The notes beneath the pieces were generated by a model that made no database searches, was not told the DNA's origin, and saw nothing but the letters and a program-made list of their open reading frames with translations. A stretch of 32,717 nt of DNA from Craspedostauros australis (Eukaryota): NCBI GenBank assembly GCA_030167865.1, contig JALAGF010002306.1:62001-94717 (forward strand), written 5' to 3'. Position 1 is the first letter of the stretch, and each line of letters opens with the position of its first letter. Made by a program: the position numbers and the translations under genes. Positions 32,031 through 32,717 of the stretch are shown here, piece after piece.

Positions 32031-32717
32031 ATGCCGATTGTTACAAACGATGAACTCATTATTGCAGCCAGGGCAGGTGACTTGTTGGTGTTGAAGGAAT
32101 GGAAGAAGCAGAACAAGATGCAGAATGAAGGAGTTGATGTCAACATGGTTACAGACTGGGTTGGTCGGACTCCCCTTCATCTGGCATGCTACAACGGCCA
32201 CCTGGAGTGTGTCAAGTACCTCATCGAATCATGTGAGGCGGACATCAACTGCAAAGACAACGGTGGTGACACTCCCCTTCATGATGCATGCTACAACGGC
32301 CACCTGGAGTGTGTCAAGTACCTCGTCGAATCATGTGAGGCGGACATCAACTGCAAAAGCAACCATGGTTCCACTCCCCTTCATCGGGCATGCTCCAACA
32401 GCCACCTGGAGTGTGTGAAGTACCTCATCGAATCATGTGAGGCGAATATCAACTGCCAAGACAGCGATGGTTGGACTCCCCTTCATGTGGCATGCCACAA
32501 AGGCCAGCTGGTGTGTGTGGAGTACCTCATCAAATCATGTGGGGCCGACGTCAACTGCAAAGCCAACAGTGGTTGGACTCCCCTTCATGACGCATGCTGC
32601 AACGGCCACCTGGAGTGTATGGAGTCCCTCATCAGAGGACTTTCGCCTTCAGTTCACCCACAACTGCAACAACTGCAGCAACGCTTACAACAAAACGAGC
32701 AAGAGAATAAGCAGCCA
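32031..32717 (+). CDS. Ankyrin-repeat protein, 5' part, open to the window end
   Basis: Manual translation from ATG 32031 gives 229 codons with no stop: MPIVTNDELIIAARAGDL...GRTPLHLACYNGHLECVKYLIESCEADINCKDNGGDTPLH..., five TPLH repeats, then a Q-rich coiled-coil-like stretch. Missing from the ORF track because it has no stop within the window. Confidence 0.92.
   Translation, partial: MPIVTNDELIIAARAGDLLVLKEWKKQNKMQNEGVDVNMVTDWVGRTPLHLACYNGHLECVKYLIESCEADINCKDNGGDTPLHDACYNGHLECVKYLVESCEADINCKSNHGSTPLHRACSNSHLECVKYLIESCEANINCQDSDGWTPLHVACHKGQLVCVEYLIKSCGADVNCKANSGWTPLHDACCNGHLECMESLIRGLSPSVHPQLQQLQQRLQQNEQENKQP
32169..32635 (+). repeat. 102-bp tandem coding repeat, about 4.5 copies (34-aa ankyrin unit)
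   Basis: ACTCCCCTTCAT recurs at 32169, 32271, 32373, 32475 and 32577, an exact 102-bp period. Confidence 0.95.

Noticed and set aside
32169-32635. Regularly spaced repeats as a possible CRISPR array
   Set aside because: Whole units repeat in frame and encode ankyrin motifs. There are no unique spacers and no cas genes, and the context is eukaryotic.

Overview
Eukaryotic nuclear DNA, almost certainly from a diatom or close ochrophyte. Evidence: GT-AG introns, ASAF-type bipartite plastid presequences and a VDL1 gene. Thirteen protein-coding genes can be supported: a plastid DUF445 membrane protein, an OGFOD1/Tpa1 prolyl hydroxylase, an unknown protein, a ~1000-aa secreted LRR protein (3 exons), a lumenal peroxiredoxin Q, a stand-alone GAT-domain protein, VDL1, a NAK-family kinase (4 exons), a two-domain glyoxalase I (2 exons), an MBOAT lysophospholipid acyltransferase (2 exons), a B-type cyclin (3 exons), a small plastid membrane protein, and an ankyrin-repeat gene that runs off the right end and is absent from the ORF track. 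I built the splice models by hand and checked them for phase. The most notable signal is the terminal ankyrin gene. Its 102-bp repeats are nearly identical in the framework but vary at the predicted binding-surface codons. Decayed ankyrin relics also lie in at least two intergenic gaps, which suggests a fast-turnover, repeat-diversifying recognition family. I found no rRNA, tRNA, CRISPR or recognisable transposon. All family assignments come from motif recognition and recall, not database searches.
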